This document shows, piece after piece, positions 50,738-63,222 of a DNA stretch of 64,000 nucleotides (its first letter is position 1; each line of letters begins with the position of its first letter). Location of the stretch: NCBI RefSeq assembly GCF_036971445.1, contig NC_091474.1:50282001-50346000 (forward strand). The letters run 5' to 3'. This DNA comes from Narcine bancroftii. Lineage: Eukaryota. Position numbers and translations under genes: made by a program. The notes beneath the pieces are model-generated. The model was given only the letters and a program-made list of their open reading frames with translations, did no database searches and was not told the origin of the DNA.

Positions 50738-51445
50738 CCTAAAAACACACCCAAACATTGGAGGATCTCAGCTGGTCTTTCAGTGTCAAAGGAGACAAAG
50801 ATATATTGCAGATATTTTGGGCTGGATCCCTTCTTTAAGGAATAAGCAGAATGAATGGAAAAACAGGATATCTCAGAAAATAGACAATGCTGGCTGTGGG
50901 TGGGAGGAATACACTCCAACAAAAGGTGTTAATTGGATATGATAAGGTGATGGTGGGTGGGGGGTGGAAGTGAGAATTGATTATGCTTGTGTGACAGAAG
51001 ACAGAGAAAAAGGATAGAGAGAGACCTGGGAGAAGGTGACAGGGGAAAAACTGAGAGTTTTAACAAAAACCAGAATTCACTATTCATGCCATCCAGTTGG
51101 AGGGTGTCCAAACAGAATTGAGGTGTTTTCCTCCAATATGTAGGTGGTCTCAGTCTGGCACTGCGTGAGACCATGGACAGGCGTGTCAGCAAGGGAATGG
51201 GATGGAGAATTGAAATGATATTGATGTCATCCAGTTAGAGGATGGCATTAATATCATTGTCTGTATTCTAAGATGCCCTGGTTTTTGCTCATTCTGCTTA
51301 TTCCTTGAAGATGGGCTCAGGCCCAAAATATCGGCCATATATCTTTGTCTCCTATGGATCCTGAAAGACCAGGTAAGTTCATACAGCATTTATGTGTGTT
51401 TTTAACCACAATCATAGCGTCTACAGACTTTCATATTTTACTCAG
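50738..51445. mobile_element. Penelope fragment with inverted pseudo-LTRs
   Basis: 50740-50870 is an inverted copy of 51277-51402. A GIY-YIG tail remnant lies on the minus strand at ~51070-51215. Confidence 0.75.
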
Positions 51446-52501
51446 TACTTTTGTTCCTCTCCAGCATCTTAAGTCTTCATGTGATTTCAGAAGAATATAA
51501 TTTCCGGTCTGGAAGTACTATGTAACATGTGATGAAGTAGTCTTCTAGTTTCACTGACGTACAATACAGGCAATCCAGAATCAATTTACCTTGTGAAACT
51601 TAGGCTATCCAGTAAGATCCTTGCTTTGCACTAGAGGCTTTATGCACAAAACAGAGAAAACTGGCAGACATGAAGCAAGGGCACAAGAAACAATAGATAC
51701 TGGATTCTTGAGCGCATAGATTAGGAGGGGAAGCAGGCTACGCAGCATCCATGGAGAGAAATGGATGACCAATGTTTCGAGATGGGCATTGTGTAATGGA
51801 ACACTAACACTTAACCCTGGTCCTTTTATCAAGAAGGTGAAGTGGAAAAGTAAACAAGTCTTATTGCAGCTATATGAGGCTTCAAACATATTTAAACAAA
51901 TATATTATTTATTGAAGATTGTTATGAGAAGATTCATTAAGATGATTTTGGTGTGTATCCTTCTTTCAATTTGCCTTAGCGCATATTTTTATACTGTTCA
52001 TAAATTTGGTCAGTGCATTTTTTTTACTTGTATCTGTCATTTATATACATTTTCCGATATGGAACAGTTAAGTAGCTTGGGACTCTACACTTTACAATTT
52101 AGAAGAATTAGAGGCAATCCTATTGAAACATGAGTTTCTTAGGAAGCTAGACAAGGTGATGCTGAGAGGAAGCTTCCTCTTGTGAGAGAGTACAGATCCA
52201 AAAATATGCACTCAGAATAAGTCATCATCCTTAATGTGAGCTGTGGGAGCAGAGTCTGTGTATATGCAAGATTTGGGAAATCTATTAACTCCTGCTCCCT
52301 CGTTAAACGAATGACATCCCTATTTCCCATGGTATCTTTAAATTTACAGGGCTCCCTTTTTCATGATATCTTTAAACATAGCAAGTTTACACTGACATGA
52401 ATAAACAAATGCAGATAAAATTTGTGTTTCTATTAATAGGAATAATATCCAATAATCCACATACTCTAACTGTCCAACGTTACCAAAGCCCTGAGCTTTT
52501 T

Positions 52502-52750
52502 TCTAAAGTTTACACATACAGCACCCTAACAGGCCCTTTCAGCCCACAAGCCCATGTCACCCAATTACATCCAATCAACTTACAACCTCGGCACGTTTTT
52601 AGAAAAGTGAGAGGAAACCGGAGCACCCGGAGGAAACCCACGCAGACACGGGGAGAACATACAAACGCCTTAATGTCAGCGTCGGATTCGAATCCCAGTC
52701 GCTAATGCTGTAACAGCGTTGTGCTAACCGCTATTCTAACCGTGTTGCCC
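52502..52750 (-). mobile_element. V-SINE (HE1-like)
   Basis: Reverse V-domain GAGGAAACCGGAGCACCCGGAGGAAACCCACGC; tRNA-like head ends at 52750. Confidence 0.9.
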
Positions 52751-54654
52751 TGTTGGTTCAACTGAGTTTTATTGTATCCCTTTTAGAATTCTATCCTCTG
52801 ATTTATTTGGCATCTTCTCATTCTTCCCACCAAAGAGAAAAATTGCATTCTTAAGATTAAAGTTCACCATATTTTGAAGGAATAAAGCCTCAATATATGT
52901 CAGATTCAGCTATTTCTGGTAAATGGGGCCAATTCCCCAAAGATAAACTGGTCTCTGAGTATTTTATTGTTGTTTACGGTAGGAACAACGATGCATGAAA
53001 GCAATGTTTCATTTTAGTATCGACTACTAACTCCTAGTCAAACATTGTTTAATGATTTAGTTCAGTATTTTGGAAATGAGATCAATAGGATTCGAAGAGA
53101 CAAATCAGGAAATACAATACTGTGGACATTCACAGTATGGTCAATACATCCATAATTGTTCTTTTCATTTTCTGATTAACCACTGTTTAGAACAATTTAA
53201 AAGAGAAATGATGAACAGTCATAGGATCTCTGTCAACTGACAAATGATGAAAGCTCATCTTACAATTTTCAACAATCTCAGAATTAATTTGCATGGTATG
53301 GAGATTTTAAAATTCAATTGCATACCAGTCAATGCTTTTATATATTAACCACTGAAATATGATAATCGTGCTCAATTAACAATATTTAATCCAGAACCTC
53401 CAGGCACGGTGTGTTCTTGCCCATGCAAGACAAGGCCACTGATGGACAAAATTCATTACCCAATACTATATGGCTCATCTGTAGATCACAGTATTTTCAT
53501 AGTCCTCCATTCACTGAAGCTGAGCTATTTGAAGGAATTGTCTCTTACTTCTCCCATATATTATTAAAGGCCACCTGAGAGCTCAGGGGGTGCTTATAAA
53601 CTGTCCAGTGATTCTGAGTGAAATGCATTAACTTTTTTCCAGTTGTAATCACATCACTGGGAGTACAGTTCCTGCCTGAAGTGAAGCAAAAGGACAAGGA
53701 GGAGGGGGAAAGAATATGGATGACTTGGGAAAGGAAAAGGAGCAGTGGAGAGAAGATGAAACAAAAAAAAGATGTTGGCAGATGGGAAGGTCTCATTTGT
53801 GCAAGTTGTTTGAGTTTATCTCTATGTCTAGAAACTTTCCAGATTAAGGCCAATGTAAGTAATTAATAAATGGATTAACAACTTCATACTACTTGACTTT
53901 AATATTATTTAGCCAAGGCCCCACAGGGGGAGCTTTCTGTTTTACTCTGGATATATACTTCAACAAAGTTCACCATCAATATTCACTTCCCCTAGCATAA
54001 GTATCAATGAACAAAGCTCCAATCAAATGTACACTGACATGAAATCCAACTAGATTCCAATAAACAACTAATCATTCCTCATGTAGTTCTCAAAAACATC
54101 AACAATGGGAACATCACTTTCTTATCCTGGAAAGGATTAAACAGCCAAACAATTTAGACAATTCTGACTTCATGTAAAGGAAAAGAGAGTTTTTAAATCA
54201 AGAATCAGTATCCATGAAAATGTCTGATCATACCAACAGAAATAACTAAGGATATTTAGAGCTATGATCACAATTTGTACACGTATAACTAAACTTTCAT
54301 CTGAGTTCTTAGCAATTTAATATCTTTATTATTGTAACTACTACATTTTTTGGAAGATTAGGAAATGGCCTTTATTTTTTAATCTGTGCAAATGCCAAAG
54401 GGACCTTCGCTTTTCTCCCCACTCAAGGAATAACAAACACAGGGGTAAACTGAGCTTTCTTCCTTGTCTCGTTTGTATTTTCGTATCTGGCTTGGTTCTT
54501 CTCTCTGGAACTTTATGCTGCAAGCTGTCAATAAGACCAAAATACTAGAAAGGAAATCATTATTTATAACTAATGATTGATCTACATTATGCTGAGAATA
54601 CATGCTTCATATTATACAATTTGAGGATGCATTTTGGTCAGTTAAGCAACATCA

Positions 54655-55762
54655 TAGAACATAGGACAAATCAGGCCCTTTGGCCATGATGTTGAGCTGA
54701 CCCATATAAACTTACTCAAAAAAGCAAACCTTCCCCACCTCATAATTCTCTATTTTTCTTTCATCAATGTGCCAGTCTAGGAATCTTTTAAATGTACTAG
54801 CCTCCACTACCACCCCTAGCAATGCATTCCAGGCACCCCTACTTTTTGTGTAAAAACTTACCTCTGATATCTCCCCTAAACTTTCCTCTGCTGTATATTA
54901 CTCTCGTCCTGGGAAAAACGGTGCTTGCTATCCACCTCTCATAATCTTGTAGGCTTCTGTTAAATCACCTCATCCTTCTTCACTCCAGAAGGAAAAGACC
55001 TAGATCTGTTAATATTGCCTCAAAAGACACATTCTCCAATCCTGGCAACATCCTGGTACATCTTCTCTGCACCCTCTCCATAGCTTCTCCATTCCTTCCT
55101 GTAATAAGGCAACTAGAATTAAACATAATATTCCAAGACTGGTCCACCCAGAGTTTTATAGACCTCTCAACATTCAATTACCTGACTAATGAAGGTCAGC
55201 AGACCATAAGCCTTCTTAACTACCCTATCAACCTTGAGAGGTCTATGGATTTGGACCCCTCTGTTATTCCACACTACAAGTATCTTGCCAATAACCATGA
55301 ACTCTATCTTCAAGATTGACCTTCCAAAATGCATCACTTCACACTTATCCAGATCGAACACTATCAGCCACTTTTCCATCTAATTCTGCATGCAGTCAAT
55401 ATCCTGTTGTAACCAATGACAACCTTCTACATTATCCACAGCACCTCCAACCTTCATGTCATCTGCAAATTTACTGATCCATCCCTCTACTTCTTCATTC
55501 ATGTTGTCTATAAAAGTCACAAAGAGCAGACTTCTAGAACAGATTCCGGCAGAACTACACTAGTCATTGACCTCCAGGCAAAATACATTCTATCCAATAC
55601 TACCATCTGGTTCCTGCAGGCAAGCCAACTCTGAATCCACAAGGCAAGGATACATGTATCCCATGATTCATGACTTTCTTAATCAGGCTAACATGGGGGA
55701 CCTTGTCAAATGCCTAACTAAAATCCATATATACACCAATTCTACTGCCCTACCTTCATCAC
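54655..55762 (-). mobile_element. CR1 LINE 3' portion, degraded
   Basis: KFADD, FDLDKCEVMHFG, ERVQRRCTRMLPG motifs; CR1 tail at 54655. Confidence 0.88.
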
Positions 55763-56614
55763 TTTAGAACCATAGAACATTACAGCACAGAAAACAGGCT
55801 CTTCAGACCTTCTCATCTGTGTCAAACTATTATTCTACCAAGTCCCATTCTGCACCCAGTCTATCGCCCTCCATACCCTCCCATCCATGTACCTGTCCAA
55901 ATTTGTCTAAAGCATGAAAACTGAACTCACATTCACCATTTCAGCGGTTTCCACACTCCCACCACTCGGTGTGAAGAAGAGACCCCAATGTTCCTCGTCA
56001 ACTTTTCCTTTTTCACCCTTAACCCATGACCTCTGGTTTGTATCTTTCTTAACCTTAAGAAAAAGGCTATGTGCATTTACTATTCCTATACCCTCTCATA
56101 ATTTTCAATACCTCTATCAAATCAAAGCAGAGGAGATGACCCACAGGATGGTGATCACAGCGGCGGACCAGTGAGGGGGCTCTGCAGCTGAAAGACCAAT
56201 GCATTCGGTGGGCGGTTGGAGACTCGAGGCAAGGAACCCATGCAGGCAGTGGGCTGCTGAAGACTGTCGGGAGGGGCTCACACTGGGCTGCGGACTGCTG
56301 GAGTCTGGCTCAAAACTAGCTGAAGGGGTACCATGTATCAGAATTGGGATGCAAGGGGTGCCGAAGGTGCTGAAGAGTTCTTGATCATGTCAGAGGTTCA
56401 GATCAGAGGCTCGGGTTGCCAATAATTTGGACTGGACTCTGTGTGGCTGCGGAGGCTGTGGAAATGCTGGAGGTGAATCTATGGACATTCAGTGACTCTG
56501 GGGGGAACTCTCTTGCTTCTCTTTCTCTTCTCTGACTGTAAGAGGCGCTTCAGTCAAGCTCTGCCGATGGTGAATCTGTCTGCCTTACAGCTGACAAAAG
56601 CAATTTCATCTAAT

Positions 56615-59600
56615 TCTTCTTTGGCTTGGCTTCGTGGACGAAGATTTATGGAGGGGGTAAAAGTCCTCGTCAGCTGCAGGCTCGTTTGTGGCTGACAAGT
56701 CCGATGCGGGACAGGCAGACACGGTTGCAGCGGCTGCAGGGGAAAATTGGTTGGTTGGGGTTGGGTGTTGGGTTTTTCCTCCTTTGCCTTTTATCAGTGA
56801 GGTGGGCTCTGCGGTCTTCTTCAAAGGAGGTTGCTGCCCGCCAAACTGTGAGGCGCCAAGATGCACGGTTTGAGGCGATATCAGCCCACTGGCGGTGGTC
56901 AATGTGGCAGGCACCAAGAGATTTCTTTAGGCAGTCCTTGTACCTTTTCTTTGGTGCACCTCTGTCACGGTGGCCAGTGGAGAGCTCGCCATATAACACG
57001 ATCTTCGGAAGGCGATGGTCCTCCATTCTGGAGACGTGATCCACCCAGCGCAGATGGATCTTCAGCAGCGTGGACTCGATGCTGTCGACCTCTGCCATCT
57101 CGAGTACTTCGACGTTAGGGATGAAAGCGCTCCAACGAATGTTGAGGATGGAGCGGAGACAACGCTGGTGGAAGCATTCTAGGAGCCGTAGGTGATGCCG
57201 GTAGAGGACCCATGATTCGGAGCCGAACAGGAGTGTGGGTATGACAACGGCTCTGTATACGCTTATCTTTGTGAGGTTTTTCAGTTGGTTGTTTTTCCAG
57301 ACTCTTTTGTGTAGTCTTCCAAAGGCACTATTTGCCTTGGCGAGTCTGTTGTCTATCTCATTGTCGATCCTTGCATCTGATGAAATGGTGCAGCCGAGAT
57401 AGGTAAACTGGTTGACCGTTTTTAGTTTTGTGTGCCCGATGGAGATGTGGGGGGGCTGGTAGTCATGGTGGGGAGTTGGCTGATGGAGGACCTCAGTTTT
57501 CTTCAGGCTGACTTCCAGGCCAAACATTTTGGCAGTTTCCGCAAAGCAGGACGTTAAGCGCTGAAGAGCTGGCTCTGAATGGGCAACTAAAGCGGCATCA
57601 TCTGCAAAGAGTAGTTCACGGCCAAGTTTCTCTTGTGTCTTGGTGTGAGCTTGCAGGCGCCTCAGATTGAAGAGACTGCCATCCGTGCGGTACCGGATGT
57701 AAACAGCGTCTTCATTTTTGGGATCTTTCATGGCTTGGTTCAGCATCATGCTGAAGAAGATTGAAAAGAGGGTTGGTGCGAGAACACAGCCTTGCTTCAC
57801 GCCATTGTTAATGGAGAAGGGTTCAGAGAGCTCATTGCTGTATCTGACCCGACATTGTTGGTTTTCGTGCAGTTGGATAATCATGTTGAGGAACTTTGGG
57901 GGACATCCGATGCGCTCTAGTATTTGCCAAAGCCCTTTCCTGCTCACGGTGTCGAAGGCTTTGGTGAGGTCAACAAAGATGATGTAGAGTCCTTTGTTTT
58001 GTTCTCTGCACTTTTCTTGGAGCTGTCTGAGGGCAAAGACCATGTCAGTAGTTCCTCTGTTTGCGCGAAAGCCGCACTGTGATTCTGGGAGAATATTCTC
58101 GGCGACACTAGGTATTATTCTATTTAGTAGAATCCTTGCGAAGATTTTGCCTGCAATGGAGAGCAACGTGATTCCCCTGTAGTTTGAGCAGTCTGATTTC
58201 TCGCCTTTGTTTTTGTACAGGGTGATGATGGTGGCATCACGAAGATCCTGAGGCAGTTTTCCTTGGTCCCAACAAAGCTTGAAAAACTCATGCAGTTTGG
58301 CATGCAGAGTTTTGCCGCCAGCCTTCCAGACCTCTGGGGGGATTCCATCCATACCTGCTGCTTTGCCACTTTTCAGTTGTTCGATTGCCTTATATGTCTC
58401 ATCCAGGGTGAGGACCTCATCCAGCTCTAGCCTTAGGGGCTGTTGAGGGAGCTGGAGCAGGGCGGAATCTTGGACTGAGCGGTTGGCACCGAAAAGAGAT
58501 TGGAAGTGTTCTGACCATCGGTTGAAGATGGAGATCTTGTCGCTGAGGAGGACTTTGCCATCTGAGCTGCGCAGCGGGCTTTGGACTTGGGGTGAGGGGC
58601 CGTACACAGCCTTTAGAGCCTCGTAGAAACCCCTGAAGTCGCCAATGTCCGCGCTGAGCTGGGTTCGTTTGGCGAGGCTAGTCCACCACTCATTTTGGAT
58701 TTCCCGGAGTTTGCGCTGAAGATGGCTGCATGCGCGACGGAAGGCTTGTTTCTTCTCTGGACAGGACGGCTTTGTAAGGTGAGCCTGGTGGGCAGCTCGC
58801 TTCTTTGCCAGCAGCTCCTGGATTTCCTGGCTGTTTTCGTCAAACCAGTCCTTGTTTTTCCTGGAGGAGAAGCCCAATACCTCTTCAGTGGATTGCAGTA
58901 TGGTAGTCTTCAACTGATCCCAGAGGGTTTCAGGGGACGGGTCCGTGAGGCGGGTTGCATCGTCGAGCTTTGCTTTGAGGTTTGCCTGGAAGTCTCCTTT
59001 CGCTTCGTCTGACTGCAGGTTTCCAACATTGAACCTCTTTCTGGGGGCTTTACTGTTCCTGGGCTTTGGCTTGAAGTGAAGGTTGAGCTTGCAGCGAACC
59101 AGCCGGTGGTCAGTGTGGCATTCCGCGCTAGGCATGACCCTGGTGTGGAGCACATCTCGTTTGTCACTTTCTCTCACCAGGATGTAGTCCAGGAGGTGCC
59201 AGTGTTTGGATCGGGGATGCATCCAGGTGGTCTTAAGGCTGTCCCTCTGCTGAAAAAGGGTGTTTGTAATGACAAGCTGCTGTTCTGCGCAGAGCTCCAA
59301 CAGGAGGCGCCCATTGTCGTTGCACTTGCCGACGCCATGCTTGCCCAGGATTCCTGGCCAGGTTTCTGAGTCTTTGCCGACACGAGCGTTGAAGTCGCCC
59401 AGGATGACAACCTTGTCGGCTGTAGGGGTGCGTTGGATGAGGTTGCGCAGGTCGGTGTAGAACTTGTCCTTTTCTGCTGGTTCCGCCTGGAGGGTTGGAG
59501 CATAGACACTGATGAGGGTGATGTGACGCTTGTTTTGAAGGGGGAGTCGCATGGACATGATTCGGTCCGAGAGGCCTGTCGGAAGGTTTTCGAGTTTGGA

Positions 59601-59664
59601 GGCAATGAAGCTCTTGACCATGAAGCCTACACCAGATAGGCGTCGTTCATCCGAAGGCTTGCCA
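56615..59664 (-). mobile_element. RTE-clade LINE, ~3.05 kb, 5'-truncated within the endonuclease
   Basis: Same 3' end as the other five copies; the element begins abruptly at GKPSDERRLSGVGF. Confidence 0.97.
56670..59621 (-). CDS. RTE LINE APE endonuclease-reverse transcriptase ORF (983 aa, no stops, N-terminus missing)
   Basis: VYAPT, LGDFNARVG, LDYIL, TDH (APE); KAAGMDGIPPE, NYRGITLL, QCGFR, FVDLTKAFD, GVKQGCVLAP, LLFADD (RT); C-terminal CxxC..H motif. Confidence 0.93.
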   Translation of the reverse strand: MVKSFIASKLENLPTGLSDRIMSMRLPLQNKRHITLISVYAPTLQAEPAEKDKFYTDLRNLIQRTPTADKVVILGDFNARVGKDSETWPGILGKHGVGKCNDNGRLLLELCAEQQLVITNTLFQQRDSLKTTWMHPRSKHWHLLDYILVRESDKRDVLHTRVMPSAECHTDHRLVRCKLNLHFKPKPRNSKAPRKRFNVGNLQSDEAKGDFQANLKAKLDDATRLTDPSPETLWDQLKTTILQSTEEVLGFSSRKNKDWFDENSQEIQELLAKKRAAHQAHLTKPSCPEKKQAFRRACSHLQRKLREIQNEWWTSLAKRTQLSADIGDFRGFYEALKAVYGPSPQVQSPLRSSDGKVLLSDKISIFNRWSEHFQSLFGANRSVQDSALLQLPQQPLRLELDEVLTLDETYKAIEQLKSGKAAGMDGIPPEVWKAGGKTLHAKLHEFFKLCWDQGKLPQDLRDATIITLYKNKGEKSDCSNYRGITLLSIAGKIFARILLNRIIPSVAENILPESQCGFRANRGTTDMVFALRQLQEKCREQNKGLYIIFVDLTKAFDTVSRKGLWQILERIGCPPKFLNMIIQLHENQQCRVRYSNELSEPFSINNGVKQGCVLAPTLFSIFFSMMLNQAMKDPKNEDAVYIRYRTDGSLFNLRRLQAHTKTQEKLGRELLFADDAALVAHSEPALQRLTSCFAETAKMFGLEVSLKKTEVLHQPTPHHDYQPPHISIGHTKLKTVNQFTYLGCTISSDARIDNEIDNRLAKANSAFGRLHKRVWKNNQLKNLTKISVYRAVVIPTLLFGSESWVLYRHHLRLLECFHQRCLRSILNIRWSAFIPNVEVLEMAEVDSIESTLLKIHLRWVDHVSRMEDHRLPKIVLYGELSTGHRDRGAPKKRYKDCLKKSLGACHIDHRQWADIASNRASWRLTVWRAATSFEEDRRAHLTDKRQRRKNPTPNPNQPIFPCSRCNRVCLSRIGLVSHKRACS

Positions 59665-60645
59665 TTATGATATTAAATTGAATCCTGAATTTTGAAACTC
59701 CCCTCATTCTTCTTCATTCCTAGAAATAAAGACCTAACCTGTTTAACCTTTCCCTGTAACTCAGTTCCTGGTCCCAGAAACATCCTACTAAATCTGCTCT
59801 GCACTCCTTCAATCTTATTGATATCTTTCCAGTAGTTAGGTGACCAAAAGTGCATACAATTCTCTAAATCTGGCCTCACCAATGTCTTCTACAACTTTAC
59901 TATGACATCCAACTTCTATACTCAATACTTTGAATTATCAAAGCCAAAAACTCTCTTTACAACCCTATGTACTTGTGACACTACTTTCAGTGAATTATGT
60001 ATTCATATTCCCAGAACCCTCTGACTTACTGCATTTCTCAGTTATCTCCTCAAAAAACTTAGTTAGGCTCCTCAGGCATGACCTACCCCTCACAAAGCCA
60101 TGCTGACTATCTCTTAGGAGACGATACTTGTTTAAATGCTTGTAAATCCTGTCCTTAAGAATCCACTCCAATAGTTGGCTCACCATTGTGGCAAGACTCA
60201 TCATTCTATAATTCCCAGGATTCTCACTATTAGTTTTTTTTTAAAACAAGTGGACTGCATTTGCCATTTTCCAATTCTCTGGCACCTCCCTTGTGGCATT
60301 GCCAATGGCCAAGCAATCTCTTCTCTAGCTTCCTATAGTAACCTGGGGTATATCTCATCCGATCCCGATGACTTATCAAACCTAACGTTTTAAAGAAGAT
60401 CCAGCACTTCCACTTTCTTAACCTCAACATTCTCCAACATATACATGTATTCTATTTTGATCTCACCTTGACCACCTCTAGAGCACACTAAACCAAAATA
60501 TTCATTTAGGACCTCCTCTGTCTCCAGGCATAACGTTGCCTTCTTTATCCTTTAGCAGTCCTACTTTCATTTTCACCATCCTTCTGTTCTTTAAATATTC
60601 CTAGAGCGCCTAAGGGTTTTCCTTAATCCTATCTGACAAAGCCTT

Positions 60646-60881
60646 TAAATTTATTTTTTTTAATTTTAAATTCAAACATATAACATGGTAATAGGCCGTT
60701 TTGCCCCACAAACCTATGTCACCCAATTGGCTTACAACTCTGTACATTTTGGAGGGTGGGAGGAAACCAGAGCTTTGAGAGGAAACCCATGCAGACAAAC
60801 CCCTTACAGACAATGCAGGAATCATGTCCCAGTAACTTGCGCTGTAACAAGATGGCGCTAACTGCTCTGCTAACCGTGCCC
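60646..60881 (-). mobile_element. V-SINE (HE1-like)
   Basis: Reverse V-domain GTGGGAGGAAACCAGAGC..GAGGAAACCCATGC with head and tail. Confidence 0.85.
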
Positions 60882-61397
60882 CTTCTAGCTTTCCTAACTC
60901 CATATCCAAATCCTTGCAAATAATACTATGATTAAAATATCTTAACAGGTAATCATGTTAACAGTGCTGTCACATCTAATGATATGAATGGAATTAAATC
61001 CTCAAGATTACCCCGAATTTTAAAAGAAGCCATGATGACTACATTTATTAGCCAAATGTTGAGCTACTGGAGAAAGTCATCAAGTCAGATAGCATCTATG
61101 GAAGGAAACCTAGAGTTCACATTTCAGGTGGAGTCTCTTCATGAGCACCAAGATTTTGGATACCAATTTTCTTAGGATTATATTGTGTCTAAAGGTGCAA
61201 CACAATGTTGATTTGGCAAGGTTCACGATAGCCACCAACACAAAGTATCCTCATGGCTCAATGTGTCATTAAGATACAGTCGGCACATTGAGGGCCAAAG
61301 GACCTGTACTATGCTGAATTGTTCTATGTCATCCTGATCATTCAATCTTTCAGAAGTTTCTTGTCTCTAGATTTGAACATATTATTAAAGTAACTCA

Positions 61398-61880
61398 GTC
61401 ATAGAATCATAGACATACAGCGTAGAAGCAGGCCTTTTCGCTCAATTTGCCCAAGCCAACCAAAATGTCTCACTTACGCTCATTTCATCTGTCGGCATTT
61501 GGCACATATCCCTCTAATCCCATCCTATCCATGTATCTGTCCAATATTTTCGTAAACATTGCAATAGTACCTGACTCAACCACATCCCCTGAGACCCCAT
61601 TCCATCCACCCACCACCCTCTGTGTAAAAAAGTTACCATCATGTTCATGTTAAATCTCTCCCCCCTCACCTTAAATCTAAGTCTTCTGGTTACCAATACA
61701 TTAACTCTGGCCAATAGACTATCTGCATTCACACCAACTCCTCTCATGATTTGATTCTCCTCAATGTACCCCTCATCCCTCTACACTCCATTGAATAAAG
61801 CCTTAGCCTGTTCAAACTCTTTTTATATCTGAACCCTCAAAAACTTGGAAATATCCTCATAAATATTCTCTGCATCCTCC
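61398..61880 (-). mobile_element. CR1 LINE 3' portion
   Basis: (CATAGAAT)n reverse tail; FKVRGERF and FFTQRVV-like remnants. Confidence 0.82.
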
Positions 61881-62481
61881 AGCTGGAAATAATATCAAAA
61901 AGCTATATAACATCAATACGGGAAGATTTAAGTTAAATGAAACTCATTGATTAGACAATGAGGATAATTATACAATTAGTCATGATAGATGAATGAATAT
62001 TTTGAGATTTTGATGGCCTGCCAGGTGAACACATCACTTCAGACCAAGAAGTAATGGTCTGGGGTAGCTGGTTCATATAAAAGGTACTACTGCGAATTTT
62101 AGAGCTGAAAGGAAAGATACAAAAGATTACAGCACTTTCAAGGTCCACAATGACATTGGCATTCTACTGTGACTTGGTGCTCAATGTTGTTCCAACTCAT
62201 GTGATCCATTACTGCCTCCAAGCCCATAACAATATAAGTAGCCAACTCCTGCCTGCAATGTTACTTGGAGAGATAGTGCACTCTTCATTAGTATCTTTAT
62301 GCTGCTGGAGGAAAGGAATCTGCTCCTGGTTAGTGACAAGCAAAGCTCTAATTGGAGCAGACCTTGTCTACCAAGGCACAAAGCCAGCTGGCTTTTGCCT
62401 GTGCCTCAAAAGAAATGAAACCTTTCCATTCACTGCTGGATGTGGCACCTGGTGTACATCACACCATAAACAGAAAAGTCC

Positions 62482-63222
62482 TGTTACAGAGTCCAGAGGA
62501 CCCCAAAACCAGCAGCAAATGATCTGCACCACAACACAGGGTTACTTAAACTAAAATAGTTTTTTAATTATAATTGAACAAGAAAACAGAATTAAACTCT
62601 AACTTGTTACATAACCTACCTAACTCTATAATCCCCCCCTCCTAATACCAAGTGCAGATGTGTGCAATGTATATTTAAGCTTAGAAAAGTTCTTTGGATC
62701 ACAGTCCAATCTCACTGGTTCTTTGGATCACAGTCCAATCTCACTGGTTGCAGGCAATTTTTGTACTCTGCACGGAAGTTAGCATTAACAAAGTTCACCA
62801 GTCTTTGGAGCTTAACAGGCAAATGGTTACCACTCAGGAGGGTTCTTGTTGGTTTTCAGAGAGAGATTCCTTTCCCAGGACATACGCAACTCATTCCTTC
62901 TCAATCAGTCTTGCTGACAAAAGTTGCCCCCTTCAGGGTTCTCTTTCTTTCAGGTCACCTTTCAGACCACCAATCTCCTCCTTCTGGAACGGATTTCTGT
63001 CTCCTCTCTCTCTGTTTCACTCCCTCCCTCTCTGAGAGCAAAACTGTTCTCCTCTCCCTACAAAGATCACATGCTCTCCCAGGCAAGCTCCTGATGATAC
63101 TTTGTTGCCTCCTGCAAAAAAAGCATTCTGCAAAAGTCCTGCAAATATTCTGTGTTTTAATGTGTGTGCGTGCAAGCTGCTCTAACAATTCCTCCCAAAC
63201 CACCACTAAATATTCTGTCACA
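62482..63222. mobile_element. Probable solo LTR containing a 29-bp tandem duplication
   Basis: Termini TGTTACAGA...TCTGTCACA (8/9 inverted match); no clear TSD. GTTCTTTGGATCACAGTCCAATCTCACTG occurs twice at 62689-62746. Confidence 0.6.

Larger units (their letters stand above)
56125..59690 (+). mobile_element. Unclassified repeat family X (56125-56612 and 59665-59690), split by the long RTE
   Basis: CTCTCTTGCTTCTCTTTCTCT block and tail ATTAAATTGAATCCTGAAT, homologous to the other copies. Confidence 0.65.
55765..60920 (-). mobile_element. CR1 LINE, interrupted by family X plus RTE (56125-59692) and a V-SINE
   Basis: Tail at 55765. Coding sequence breaks at ~56122 and resumes at ~59695 with RPDLENCMHFWSP and DSQHGFVRGRSCL. 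Confidence 0.85.

Noticed and set aside
49657-50922. 421-aa ORF as a novel fusion protein
   Set aside because: The N-terminal ~68 aa come from Penelope pLTR and TSD sequence with a non-ATG start; the rest is truncated RTE.
56606-59639. Repeated short overlapping or antisense ORFs (MVPATLTT.., MHGLRRY.., ..RQLQARLW..)
   Set aside because: They are alternative-frame shadows of the RTE ORF and recur only because the copies are near-identical.
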